62,943 nucleotides of DNA, filler included, from Octopus bimaculoides (GCF_001194135.2; 6 parts of 6 records of this genome joined end to end with filler, not necessarily neighbours in it); one strand, 5' to 3'; counted from the first letter of the whole stretch, positions 1 to 13,367 are shown. Notes: generated from the sequence alone by a model not told the origin. Program-made: numbers and translations.

Positions 1-788
1 TTAAAACCCTTTCTAACATGGAAGTATCCAAAGAGCATTTGAGGCACATAATGCTTTATGAGTACAAAAAAGGAAACTCTGCAGCCAAAGCGACTTCAAA
101 CATACACTCAGTTTATGGGAAAGAATGCTTGAATGAAAGAACTTGCAGAAGATGGTTTGCAAAATTCAGAAGTGAAGATTTCAGTCTTGAAGATGAAGAT
201 CGAACAGGACGTCCAGTTGAGTTTGTTGATAAGCTCCTTGAGGCATTACTTAAAGAAAATCCTGCATTATCAGTTGAAGAATTGGCAATAAAGCTTAGTT
301 CAAACAATACAACTGTTCATCGTCATCTTCAACAACTTGGAAATGTTCCCAAACTTGGAAAATGGGTGCCTCATGAGTTGTCCGAAAGCAACCACAAATT
401 CTGAGTTGACATCTGCTCTTCTCTCCATTCTCGCGAACTCATTTCTCCTTTTTTGGATAAACTTGTGTGACTGGTGACGAAAAATGGATCTTCTATCGAA
501 ATGTTAAACGTCGTAAACACTGGCTTGGTAAAAGGGAAAAAGTTCGACCACAACCGAGAAGAGAATTTCATGGGAAAAAGGTTCTTCTCTCTATCTGGTG
601 GGATTGCAAAGGAGTAATTCATTTTGAATTGTTACCACCTAATGCAACAATCAATGCTCAAGTCTACTGACAGCAATTAGAGCGTTTGAACCAAGCTTTG
701 AAGGAAAAAAACCGCTTTAGTGAATCGAAAAGGAGTGATGTTTCATCAGGACAATGCGCGACCCCACACTGCAAATATCACATCACAG
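1..788 (+). mobile_element. Mariner (DD34D-type) element, defective; 5' end cut by window start, 3' truncated
   Basis: ORF 18..404 carries HTH plus GKWVPHEL; then VTGDEKW and HQDNARPH in shifted frames; internal TGA at 402-404. Sequence aligns closely to the reverse complement of 44012..45278 and stops at ~788. Confidence 0.95.
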
Positions 789-925
789 AGAGAGAGTTCA
801 AACTCATCAGAGAGAGAGAGAGTTCAAACAAGAAAAACGACAAAAAAACAACAACAGAAAACAACAACGCGAGGACGTGATACAGATATTGTGTTACTGG
901 ACGTTCAGGAAAGGAAAGAAAGAGA

Positions 926-960
926 ATTTGACGTTTCGAGCGAAGCTCTTCGTCGGAAAT
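926..960 (-). ncRNA. Minimal type I hammerhead ribozyme motif (Penelope-like element type) with core variant CCGACGA
   Basis: Minus strand reads AUUU-CCGACGA-A-GAGC(UUC)GCUC-GAA-ACGU-C-AAAU: helix I AUUU/AAAU, helix II GAGC/GCUC, palindromic ACGU helix III, predicted GUC cleavage site between 930 and 929. Confidence 0.7.
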
Positions 961-1022
961 ATAGGAAAGTCCAAAGAAGGGAAGACGGAGGAAGAAAAAT
1001 CGCCAACGATATACACGAGCAA

Positions 1023-1054
<32 letters not shown>

Positions 1055-1858
1055 NNNNNNNNNNNNNNNNNNNNNNNNNNNNNNNNNNNNNNNNNNNNNN
1101 NNNNNNNNNNNNNNNNNNNNNNNNNNNNNNNNNNNNNNNNNNNNNNNNNNNNNNNNNNNNNNNNNNNNNNNNNNNNNNNNNNNNNNNNNNNGAGAGAGAG
1201 GGGAGAGAATGAGAGAGAGGGGAGGGAAAGAGAGAGAGAGCTGTATGCTTCTGATTATGGCTACATTTCTAATAACAGAAATATAGTTTTTCAGGATGAA
1301 TAAATCTGTAATTTCTTTAGCAGTTTTATAAATCTCAGTCCCATCAGCATTTCCTATCAGGACCGCATTTATTAACTTAATTTCTGATGGTCGGTTGGTG
1401 TGTAAGCAGTCTTAGATTATTCCTTATTGAGCAGATTCATGGAACTTAATTATTCTCAGCCAAACAACTCGGTTCGATGTGTAGACTATTAGGTATCGAT
1501 CATACTGCACATTCTGACATGTGTAAGGTGGGGTAGAGGAGCAGTTTAGACATTTTCTACTTTCTCTACTGTTTTATCCATTTCAAATATATCTCTATAT
1601 TATCTTTACGAAATTTTCTAGCGAAAAAGGAGATGGGATATTTTTGGAGTTCCTATGTTAGCTGCGCTCCAGAATGGCTTTAGTTGTTGTGGATTAAATA
1701 AACTGAAGAACTTTCTTTCTTTGCAAATGTTTACAACATTTCGCTTTTGTAATTGAAAGTTCGTGTAACAGTAACATATATAGATTCCACTTAATGTAAA
1801 TAACATATACAGACGTACATTTGGTGTAAAAAATGCACAGACATATAGTTGGTGTAAA

Positions 1859-3122
1859 GAAGGTGCTTTCCGGAAGTTTTGGGGTTTATTTAGGATAGGC
1901 AGTTACAACTTTCATAGACTAGTGTAATTTTAGTATATCATAACTATATATCTAATTAACTGATCTGCCAAATTTTTTATTTCAGATTGAAGGAGACTGG
2001 TACTACAATAATTTGAACACACCCTACTAAACACTGCATATCATTGCTAACTGGTTTGCAGAATGTAGACGGGACGTGAAGACAATTTTGAAGCTCACTA
2101 TGTAAAAAACGTTTTGTTAAACTGAGCAAAAGGCCACAGAAACTTATGAACTGCTTCAGACTGCTTATGGATTAATTTGTATGAGCTGAGCATCTACTTT
2201 TCGTTGGCACAAGAGGTTCAAGAACGGTAGAGAAAGCCTGAGAGACGATGAGAGAAGTGGGAGGAAGAGGGACGTCAGAACATTAGAGATGTTTGAGAAA
2301 ATTCGTAATTTTCTGGATGAAGACCGTTACGTCTCTATAAAGAGAATAAACATACAGTTACCGTGGAAATTGTACACCGATTTATTCTTGAAAATTTGAA
2401 CATAGTTTGGTGCTCAGTGACGAACAGAAAGAAAGAGTGCGAATGTGACAGCAGGGAGCTCATCACCTTCAATCCAAGAGTACTTGAGTTTCTGGTGATC
2501 TGTGACAAAAGCTGGATCTACTTTTATGATCCAGAGATCAAGAGACAGAGTGCCTAATGGATGCATCTTGGCTTCCTCAGACCCAAGAAAGTCGGGCAAT
2601 GTAAATCCATCGAGAAGCTCATGATGATCTCATTTTCGGCAACAATCCACTGGGTTCCCTCTGGCCAGACGGTCAACAAAGAGTAGTTTGTGGAGGTTTT
2701 GTGGAAGTGTAAGGAGAGATTTCGTCGTAAAAACGCCAAAGCTCTTTCACTCAGATCAGAGGTACATGCACCAGGACAATACACCAGATCACAGTTCCAT
2801 CCTGGTAACTAACTACTTGACAGAGATAAGCATAAAAACTGTCCCTCACCCTCCCTACAATCAAGACCATGCTCCCTGTGATTGATGGAGAAACTCAGGG
2901 ACTGTTGTTTTGAATACATTTGAAAAGATGAACGAGGCTGTGGACAAGGGTCCTGGTCATTTTCACCTTAGAGGACTTCTATTGAGGCGTTCACGAAAGG
3001 GCTGGAGCATTACAAGTGCATTGAAGTTAGAGGATCGTACTTTGAAGGAGATTAGGGTTTGTACTTTGAAATTAATAAATGTCTCTCCGGAAAAAATCTC
3101 AAAACTTCTGAAATCCACCTTG
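1859..3122 (+). mobile_element. Degenerate full-length mariner element (DD34D)
   Basis: Imperfect TIRs (gaaggtgctttccggaagttttg at 1859 vs reverse complement of the end at 3122, followed by TA). Transposase remnants ATETYELLQTAYG, FRWHKRFKNGRESLRDDERSGR, VICDKSWIYFYDPE, HQDN...PHPPYNQDHAPCD with 34 residues between the last two Asp. Confidence 0.9.
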
Positions 3123-3438
3123 TAGACTTACAGGTGTAGCAATAACATATGAACATACAGCTTGTGTAATTACAGCATAGACGTATACTAGGTGTAATAT
3201 AAGGATATATACATAGGTTATGAGCGGTAGTGGTGTCAATTAGACCCAGACGTTTCAGGTAATGGTGAGTAAGTGCCATGAATAGACCATAGTTATGCTC
3301 CAGGTTTGGTGATTATGCGAATAAGGGGTCCAACGTAGGTCATATATCAACGTGTGAATATAAGGATTTATTTCGTACAGAGATTGTTCTAAAGTATATA
3401 CAGCCTTGGTTTTTTTTATCACTTTACGAAAAATAAAT

Positions 3439-3481
<43 letters not shown>

Positions 3482-3725
3482 CATACACTAGTTATGATAG
3501 TAGCATATATGTATATAGTAATGCATTTGACATAACAATAACATATATACATATACAACTAAGGTAACATTAGCATGTGCAGTCATACTTGTTACATAAC
3601 AATAGCTTAGGCATAAAGTTTGTGTAGTAATAACATATATAGACTTAGCGTAACAAAAGCATATATGGATATGCAGTTGGTGTAACATGACATATAGACA
3701 TAGAGATGCAGTTGGAGAAATAATA

Positions 3726-3771
<46 letters not shown>

Positions 3772-4127
3772 NNNNNNNNNNNNNNNNNNNNNNNNNNNNN
3801 NNNNNNNNNNNNNNNNNNNNNNNNNNNNNNNNNNNNNNNNNNNNNNNNNNNNNNNNNNNNNNNNNNNNNNNNNNNNNNNNNNNNNNNNNNNNNNNNNNNN
3901 NNNNNNNNNNNNNNNNNNNNNNNNNNNNNNNNNNNNNNNNNNNNNNNNNNNNNNNNNNNNNNNNNNNNNNNNNNNNNNNNNNNNNNNNNNNNNNNNNNNN
4001 NNNNNNNNNNNNNNNNNNNNNNNNNNNNNNNNNNNNNNNNNNNNNNNNNNNNNNNNNNNNNNNNNNNNNNNNNNNNNNNNNNNNNNNNNNNNNNNNNNNN
4101 NNNNNNNNNNNNNNNNNNNNNNNNNNN

Positions 4128-4234
<107 letters not shown>

Positions 4235-4520
4235 GTTGGGGTAACAATAACAAATACAGACATACATACCAAATATAGACATACACACACACACACCCAC
4301 ACACACACACACACATATATAGACATACAGTTGGTATAACAATAGCAAATATAGAGGTTGTGTTGGTGTAGCAATAACATATACGAACAGGTATACAGTT
4401 GGTTTACAATAAAATGTATAGACATACAGTTCGCGTAACAACAGACATACAATAGGCATACAGTTCACTTAACAATATAATATGTACACATCACTAAGTG
4501 ATGTCAAAATAAAATATACA

Positions 4521-4920
4521 GGCGCAGGAGTAGCTGTATGGTAAGAAGCTTGCTTCCCAACCACATGGTTCCGGGTTCAGTCCCACTGCATGGCACCTTC
4601 GGCAAATGTCTTCTATTATAGCCCCGGGCCGACCAAAGCCTTCTGAGTGGATCTGGTAGATGGAAACCGAAAGAAGCCCGTCGTATATATATATGTATGT
4701 TTGTGTATTTGTGTGTCTGTGTTTGTCCCCCCACCATCGCTTGACAACTGATGGTGTGTTTACGTCCCCGTAACTTAGCAGTTCGGCAAAAGGCACCGAT
4801 AGAATAAGTACTAGGCTAACAAAGAATAAGTCCTGGGGTCGATTTTTTCGACTAAAGGCGGTGCTCCAGTATGGCTGCAGTCAAATAACTGAAGCAAGTA
4901 AAAGAATAAAAGAATAGAAT
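4521..4920 (+). mobile_element. tRNA-derived SINE, family A (octopus OK/OR-like)
   Basis: Head GGCGCAGGAGTAGCTGTATGGTAAG (A-box-like), B-box-like GGTTCAGTCCC, internal TA/TG tract, AAAAGAAT tail; at least six other copies in the window. Confidence 0.85.
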
Positions 4921-6181
4921 TAAGATTTAAAAAAAACGACAGCGCCTAACAATGCGGTAAGTTAATTTGAGCAACCTTTATATATTTCATGCACTAAGGT
5001 TCATTATCAGAAGTATATAGTATAGTAACAATAGCATTCATAGACATACAATTAGCGTAACAGTAATATCAAACAATTGTTGTAGCAGTAGCATATATAG
5101 ACATACATTTAATTCCTTCTCTTCGCAATAGCAGCGCAATATGGTGTGTAGGCGAAGGACTGTCAATGGTGAATTATAATATTGATAAGATATCGTTATT
5201 CCATGGCTGATAGATGAGTTCTTGAATATAATTGGAATACGATGATTGTGAAAGATAACAGGTATCAATGTGATAATTACGGTAGAAGCTGTGTAATTAT
5301 AGAATCATTGTTGTAACTGCGTGATATGGCTTCGTTAACCGTTAATATAGGGAAAATACAAATGATAGTGTAATTGTAGATGATGGTTATTCATAACTGT
5401 ATTGTTATTGCATGGTGAAAATGAATTGATAAATGGGATAATAACGATATACTGACATAAAGTGGTCAGTGGAAAACAAGAATTAAAAAATAAAGAATAG
5501 CGATTTTGAGAAAAACGCGACACAAAGAATATACATCACTGTATATTTTTCTCTCTGCTTCTCTCTCTCTCTCTCTTTCTATCACTCTTTCTTTTTCTGT
5601 TTTTATACTTACACTTACGAACACAAAGATGTATATACCTAACATAAATATGAGAGTCTTCTCTAGTGAAATCTAGCAATACATCAAGAGCTTATAAATA
5701 TGTGTGGTAGGGTGATAAGGTAGGTGTTTGACAGTCATCTAGTCAACGGTTTCTTTCGATCAGCTCTTAGTTCAGCCGCACACATCTTTCGGGCGTCAGT
5801 GCATCGACATTCCAATCTTATGACTTGTACAGTCGATCTAAAGAAGGCGCGTTGCAATGGAGTAATCCACTGTAAATTAGCAACACACTCTACACACTCA
5901 TATTTGTATTGAGTACTTGCGCTTCTACATCGCCACAGCATCAACATTCACGCACGCGCGTGCGCACCTATGCACGTGCGCGCGCACACACGCACACACA
6001 CACAAGCGGGTGCTACTTTAGCGTGCGGCCTACCGCAGCACCCACAATCTATACTAATCTGGGTTAAGCTTAGGACTAGGATTCACGGTTACAGTTACGA
6101 TTAAGGGTTAGTGTTAGGATTAGGTTTTAGGGCTAGGGTTAGACTACATGCCTATGTGTGTGTGTGTATGTGAGTGTGTGA

Positions 6182-6226
<45 letters not shown>

Positions 6227-6278
6227 CAATCCTTATGAATGTTATAGAAATAATCAAGTAGATAAACACAGATAAATT

Positions 6279-6335
<57 letters not shown>

Positions 6336-6350
6336 ATATTTATATTTATA

Positions 6351-6705
6351 GTGGAGGTGCAGGGCTCAATGGTTAGAGCATCGAGCTTACGATCGTGTGG
6401 TTGTGAGTTCGATTCCAGGACCAGGCTGCGTATTGTGTTCTTGAGCAAGACACTTTATTTCATGTTGCTCCAGTTCACTCGGCTGTAGAAATGAGTTGCG
6501 ACGTCGCTGGTGCCAAGTTGTATCGGCCTTTGCCTTTCCCTTGGATAATATCAATGGCGTGGAGAGGGGAGGCTGGTATGCATAGGCGACTGCTGGTCTT
6601 CCATAAAAACAACCCTAGTTTATGCGTTCTCCGATGAGGCCACTTTCCGCCCAGACTTGTACACTGGAGGGGAACCTCTTAGGTGCACCCATGGTCATTC
6701 ATGAC
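6351..6705 (+). mobile_element. tRNA-derived SINE, family B
   Basis: Head GGCTCAATGGTTAGAGC...GAGTTCGATTCC (A/B boxes), core TTGAGCAAGACACTTTATTTCATGTTGCTCCAG; 3' half matches reverse complement of 48601..48852. Confidence 0.8.
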
Positions 6706-6832
6706 AACTTGAGTTGATACATATATACATTTACATATGCACATATACATATATACGTATACACGTGCACACACACACACATACGTACATATAGATATAT
6801 TTTATTTAGATACATATATACATACACCCCCC

Positions 6833-6886
<54 letters not shown>

Positions 6887-7571
6887 NNNNNNNNNNNNNN
6901 NNNNNNNNNNNNNNNNNNNNNNNNNNNNNNNNNNNNNNNNNNNNNNNNNNNNNNNNNNNNNNNNNNNNNNNNNNNNNNNNNNNNNNNNNNNNNNNNNNNN
7001 NNNNNNNNNNNNNNNNNNNNNNNNNNNNNNNNNNNNNNNNNNNNNNNNNNNNNNNNNNNNNNNNNNNNNNNNNNNNNNNNNNNNNNNNNNNNNNNNNNNN
7101 NNNNNNNNNNNNNNNNNNNNNNNNNNNNNNNNNNNNNNNNNNNNNNNNNNNNNNNNNNNNNNNNNNNNNNNNNNNNNNNNNNNNNNNNNNNNNNNNNNNN
7201 NNNNNNNNNNNNNNNNNNNNNNNNNNNNNNNNNNNNNNNNNNNNNNNNNNNNNNNNNNNNNNNNNNNNNNNNNNNNNNNNNNNNNNNNNNNNNNNNNNNN
7301 NNNNNNNNNNNNNNNNNNNNNNNNNNNNNNNNNNNNNNNNNNNNNNNNNNNNNNNNNNNNNNNNNNNNNNNNNNNNNNNNNNNNNNNNNNNNNNNNNNNN
7401 NNNNNNNNNNNNNNNNNNNNNNNNNNNNNNNNNNNNNNNNNNNNNNNNNNNNNNNNNNNNNNNNNNNNNNNNNNNNNNNNNNNNNNNNNNNNNNNNNNNN
7501 NNNNNNNNNNNNNNNNNNNNNNNNNNNNNNNNNNNNNNNNNNNNNNNNNNNNNNNNNNNNNNNNNNNNNNN

Positions 7572-7618
<47 letters not shown>

Positions 7619-8241
7619 CACACGCACACACACATACACATTTACATGGGGTACAAAATGGAGTACAACAAAATGGAGGTTAGAGAACAAAGAAAAAGAA
7701 TTACAAAAAAGAAACAAATTATGTAAAGTTGTATCTCGACAGCTGTTTCAAGTCGGCCATAGCCTACGTAATAAGACTGTTTTGTTCTCCATTTTGTTTA
7801 TTCTGTTATTTGCATTTTGTGCTTCATGTAAAATATATGACTCCAGCCTACCTGTTTTTATTTTTACCTTACTATCTCTACATATAAAATTTATATGTAT
7901 GATATCATGTAAGCATAAATCATAAATATATATATGTATAAATACATATACATATATAAATCAAATAAGTGACAAGGATGTCCAGGTATCAGTGCATTAC
8001 GGCCGTTTCAAGCGAATCCATTTAATCGATCAGTGAAAACATTACATCAATTTGAAAGAAACCGCTCTCCTCAGACGCAAACGACCATATAGATTTCCAA
8101 CATAAAGGATAAACCATTTTTTAGCAAAATTTATATCAGTACTAGACACCAAAATTATACATTGATCCTTTTGTTATATTTGTAGCAGAATGAATTTAGA
8201 GAAAAATGTATGTATATATATATATATATATATATATACAG

Positions 8242-8564
8242 GAGCACGCCGTCGGTTACGACGACGAGGGTCCCAGCGGATCCAATCCATAGAACTGCCT
8301 GTTCATGAAATTAATGAGAAGGTGGCTGAGCACTCCACAGACACGTGCATCCTTAACGTAGTTCTCAGAGATATTCAGCGTGACACAAAGTGTGACAAGG
8401 CCGGCCCTTTGGAATACAAGTACCACTCATTTTTGCCAGCTGAGTGGACTGGAGCAACGTGAAATAAAGTGTCTTGCTGAAGGACACAACACGTCGCCGG
8501 GAATTGAACTCACGACCTTACGATCATGAGCCGAACGCCCGGACCACTAAACCACGCGCCTTCA
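8242..8564 (-). mobile_element. tRNA-derived SINE, family C
   Basis: Minus-strand head GGCGCGTGGTTTAGTGG...GAGTTCAATTCCC; core shared with family B; tail shared with 49120..49296. Confidence 0.8.
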
Positions 8565-8614
8565 GCATATATATAAAATCACACACACTCACACACATTT
8601 TAGATATAATGGAT

Positions 8615-8662
<48 letters not shown>

Positions 8663-8878
8663 CATTGGTATGTGTGCGTGTATGGGTGTCTACATTATCT
8701 TAGATACGATGTCTAATTATTGTATACATTTAAAAAACTGCGTGTTCATTATCTATTTTCTATCTATGTTTTTATGCATGTATGTGTGTGTATGTTGGAG
8801 CTTATTCGTTATACAAAGACATACAGTTGGTGTAACAACGATAAAATATAAAAAATTGGTGCATCACTGTGAAATATT

Positions 8879-10033
8879 GGGGAGACCGGGTCTAGTTGTT
8901 ACACGGGTATGTTGTTACAAGCCCATCGTTTCCAACTTCAAGAAATAGGTGGCACTCGGGTCTCTACCTCGTGAAGGCCAACTCCATAGCATCATGACTG
9001 CACATGTGTATTGCACTGGCGGGCTGTCACTAGGAAAGGTATGGCTCAAAAAACGATTTTTTACTCCAAAAGTGAAATTTTGCTACAAAGTTATTTCCTT
9101 AATGACTGAAGCACAAGAGGTGTAACTGAAGTAGTTTGTGGCTCATTAGGAAGTGATGGAAGTTGCCTTCGATACATGAAGGTGTGTCCTGGATGCCATG
9201 CATTGCTAGTGCTGTGTACGAGGTAATCCATAGAAATCCCTGGTCGGGGCTAGTTGTTACANNNNNNNNNNNNNNNNNNNNNNNNNNNNNNNNNNNNNNN
9301 NNNNNNNNNNNNNNNNNNNNNNNNNNNNNNNNNNNNNNNNNNNNNNNNNNNNNNNNNNNNNNNNNNNNNNNNNNNNNNNNNNNNNNNNNNNNNNNNNNNN
9401 NNNNNNNNNNNNNNNNNNNNNNNNNNNNNNNNNNNNNNNNNNNNNNAAGAGCCACCAGAAAAGTTATGGATGAAAAGAAATCATTACGGGATGTTGCCGT
9501 AAAACAGCGCATAGTGGATGAAATAGACGAACGGAAATCCAAACCAAAGAAGGCAACTGGTACAGAGAAGGCAACAAAGGGGAAGGGAAAATCAACTAAA
9601 ACAGGTAAAGGCAAAGGGAAGCAACCTCGCAGCAAGCAAGTCGCCGATTGGAAATGCCTTGTCTGCTCAGATTGGTATTCCAACTCCCTTCCAGGTGAAG
9701 AATGGGTGCAATGCATTATCTGTAAAGACTGGGCACACTGACTGTTCCGATGGACGACAGGACTTTCTGTGTGATCTGTGTGGTGAGAAGTTAATGGAGG
9801 ACGATTCCGACTAGATAGCACAGGTAACAATGGGGGAATTGGTTGATGAGGACTCTCAGTATCACAGTTAGGTTATGAGGTGGTTCAAAGCACAGTTAAT
9901 TAATGAAAATAATACTTCATAGATGCAAGAAGCAGGTGACATATTCATTTTAAACTTGTTTGTTAACATAATTCCGAGTAACCGACAGTTGTAACAGAGT
10001 ACCCCAGTAAGTGTCACAACGTACCCCGCACTC
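8879..10033 (+). mobile_element. DNA transposon remnant (pogo-like, Tc1/mariner superfamily) whose transposase C-terminus carries a PHD finger
   Basis: After the gap, 9448..9814 encodes a Lys-rich linker then CLVC...CIIC..WAH-x-DC...CDLC (C4HC3; one 1-nt frameshift after WAH), stop at 9812-9814. End-like motifs GGGGAGACCGGGTCTAGTTGTTACA (8879) and TGTCACAACGTACCCCGCACTC (10012) are imperfect inverted copies. The gap at 9262-9447 prevents proving one element. Confidence 0.6.
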
Positions 10034-10477
10034 GGGGAAAATTGTTACAGTTGATACCACCTCGTTAATTAGAACCTGTCTAATTAATGTTATGTAATTT
10101 CTGTTTTTTTGCTGGTGATAACAATAAATAGAAACGTATTATTAATTAAATCTCCAAACAAACTTCAGCTGTGTTCATTTATGTGGGTGCCAAGGCAAAC
10201 AAATGAAAAAACGTAACAACTAGATCGGGTCTCCCCTACTGTTTTTATATTAAACCAATTACGATTGAATTGTATTTGCATAAACACACATACTATTCAA
10301 TACATGATGTATAAAAGCACTGTGTGTGTGTGCGTGTGTGTGCGCGCGCGCGCGTTCCACTTTTCTTATATTTATATTTGTATACATTTCGCATGGTTCG
10401 TGTGTATGCATGTAATTCTTTATCCTTTGCGTGAATGTGTGCCCACGTGCATGTGCATAAATACATAGATAAATACA

Positions 10478-10522
<45 letters not shown>

Positions 10523-10629
10523 ACTCACACACACACACACACACAAGGGTTTTGAATGCATAAAGCAGTGGGCATTGACCCAATAAAGGGCTCATTCCAC
10601 ACCAAGAATCTAAACTGTCAACAAGTTAT

Positions 10630-11230
10630 TTTATTTTGTCGTATTAAGTTATATTATATTATAGAATATTATACTACATTATGCTATACTATATTATAGC
10701 ATACTACATCACATCTATCTACTCATCTATGTTACATTATATCATAGTATATTATTATATTACATTATATTACATTACATTATATTATATTATATTATAT
10801 TATATTATATTACAATATATTATATCACAATATATTATATCACAATATTTTATATCCTGCTGTAATATATATCATGTTACATCAATTTACATTACACTAT
10901 CTTATATTATGCCCGTCTCTATCATATTACATTATATTGTACTATAAAAATATATATTAAATCATCCTATGGTATATTCTCTGCTATATCATATTTTTTT
11001 ACAATATATCGCTATATATTATATCATAGTATAATAGATTAAACTACGTATATTATATTTCATAATATTATGCTGCATATATTATTTTGTACTATGGTAT
11101 ACTTAGTACTCTGGTATATACTATGTTATATTCTGCTATGTTTGCATTATATCATTACATTCTATATTATACTATAACATACTTTATATATTATATCACA
11201 TTACATTATACTATAAGCAGTTTTTCTCTG
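10630..11230. repeat. Degenerate AT-rich pentanucleotide (TATTA/TACAT) tract
   Basis: Visible TATTA periodicity, purest at ~10770-10815. Confidence 0.8.
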
Positions 11231-11334
11231 CAGTTGATAATAGACCTAAGTTATAATAAATTTTGGAATATAACAAATTCCGTCCACGAATAAGTTGAAT
11301 ATTTTTGTGATTTGCAAGACACCTTAACTGTATG

Positions 11335-11336
11335 AT

Positions 11337-11388
<52 letters not shown>
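11335..11388. repeat. (TAC)n microsatellite
   Basis: Direct reading. Confidence 0.95.
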
Positions 11389-11389
<1 letters not shown>

Positions 11390-11466
11390 GAGGTATATGT
11401 CACACATATTTACAAACACACAAATATGTACGGGCACACACACACATATGTATATGCATATATATA

Positions 11467-11507
<41 letters not shown>

Positions 11508-11828
11508 NNNNNNNNNNNNNNNNNNNNNNNNNNNNNNNNNNNNNNNNNNNNNNNNNNNNNNNNNNNNNNNNNNNNNNNNNNNNNNNNNNNNNNNNNNNNN
11601 NNNNNNNNNNNNNNNNNNNNNNNNNNNNNNNNNNNNNNNNNNNNNNNNNNNNNNNNNNNNNNNNNNNNNNNNNNNNNNNNNNNNNNNNNNNNNNNNNNNN
11701 NNNNNNNNNNNNNNNNNNNNNNNNNNNNNNNNNNNNNNNNNNNNNNNNNNNNNNNNNNNNNNNNNNNNNNNNNNNNNNNNNNNNNNNNNNNNNNNNNNNN
11801 NNNNNNNNNNNNNNNNNNNNNNNNNNNN

Positions 11829-11859
<31 letters not shown>

Positions 11860-12435
11860 GAATATTCTATATATATATACATATATTCATACACATATTT
11901 TAGTATGTGTGTATGTGAGTGAGTGTGTGTTTATGTGTGCGTGTGTGTGTGTCCGTGCGTATGTGTGTGTGTGCGTGTGTGCGTGCATATACATACTTGC
12001 ACAAATGCAACTACTTGTGAAATATGCAGTAAAGTAGCAAGCAGGAAAATCACAATACATATATACCAGAGTTAATAATAATAATTATCCTTTTTACATA
12101 GATTATCACGCTGCTTTTCTTCAAAAATTGGTAAAGTAAAATCGGGCAAACAGCGTTGTAAATCATGTATGTATGTATGTATGTATGTATGTATGTATGT
12201 ATGCATACATACTATCGATATACATGTAAGTATGCATGTATATCGATAGAAAGAAAAATAGACAGACACATACATACATACATACATACATGCATACGTA
12301 CAAACATACATAGACAGAGAGGTATATCGATACGTTCCAGTAAATACGTATGTGTGTGTCCACGCATTGATATAAACTATCAAATACTTGTCTAAATATT
12401 TATCTGTCTGATTGTCTATCTATATCTATATACAT

Positions 12436-12473
<38 letters not shown>

Positions 12474-13063
12474 CTGTAAATAATATATGAGAATTATTCG
12501 GTAGCCATGATAAAACTCCGAGTTTCGGATGTCGAATAATTGTCACAAATTATTTACAGATACATTCCTCTATTTACATAATATGGAGGTCCCTTTCTTT
12601 CTTTTGTTGTCTTACCTTTTCTATCAATATATATANNNNNNNNNNNNNNNNNNNNNNNNNNNNNNNNNNNNNNNNNNNNNNNNNNNNNNNNNNNNNNNNN
12701 NNNNNNNNNNNNNNNNNNNNNNNNNNNNNNNNNNNNNNNNNNNNNNNNNNNNNNNNNNNNNNNNNNNNNNNNNNNNNNNNNNNNNNNNNNNNNNNNNNNN
12801 NNNNNNNNNNNNNNNNNNNNNNNNNNNNNNNNNNNNNNNNNNNNNNNNNNNNNNNNNNNNNNNNNNNNNNNNNNNNNNNNNNNNNNNNNNNNNNNNNNNN
12901 NNNNNNNNNNNNNNNNNNNNNNNNNNNNNNNNNNNNNNNNNNNNNNNNNNNNNNNNNNNNNNNNNNNNNNNNNNNNNNNNNNNNNNNNNNNNNNNNNNNN
13001 NNNNNNNNNNNNNNNNNNNNNNNNNNNNNNNNNNNNNNNNNNNNNNNNNNNNNNNNATATATA

Positions 13064-13251
13064 CGAGGTGAGGTTGAAAAGTACCTGGCTTTGAGGTATC
13101 GTGAAAGACTTCGCAGGAGGCCCAAACTTCCGAGTTCTTTTACAGGGCCTAGGAAAACTGAAGGACCGTGGTTGATTAAAATCATAATTAACAGATCCTG
13201 ATTAACTTATTTTCTTTTTCTACTAGCCATGAACTTTTCAGCTTCCCCTCA
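13064..13251. mobile_element. Short mariner-type MITE (~190 bp)
   Basis: TA then CGAGGTGAGGTTGAAAAGTACCTGGCT; right end AGCCATGAACTTTTCAGCTTCCCCTCA is an imperfect inverted copy; no coding capacity. Confidence 0.6.
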
Positions 13252-13367
13252 AACATACATACATACATACACACACACATACATATGTATATTATGATAT
13301 TATATTATAGTATAGTATAGTACTTAATATATATTATATACTAGATGTATGTCCAAACGGTTTAGAA

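Noticed and set aside
6351-6425. tRNA-like sequences here and at 8490-8564
   Set aside because: No closed acceptor stem; they continue into SINE cores, so they are SINE heads rather than tRNA genes.
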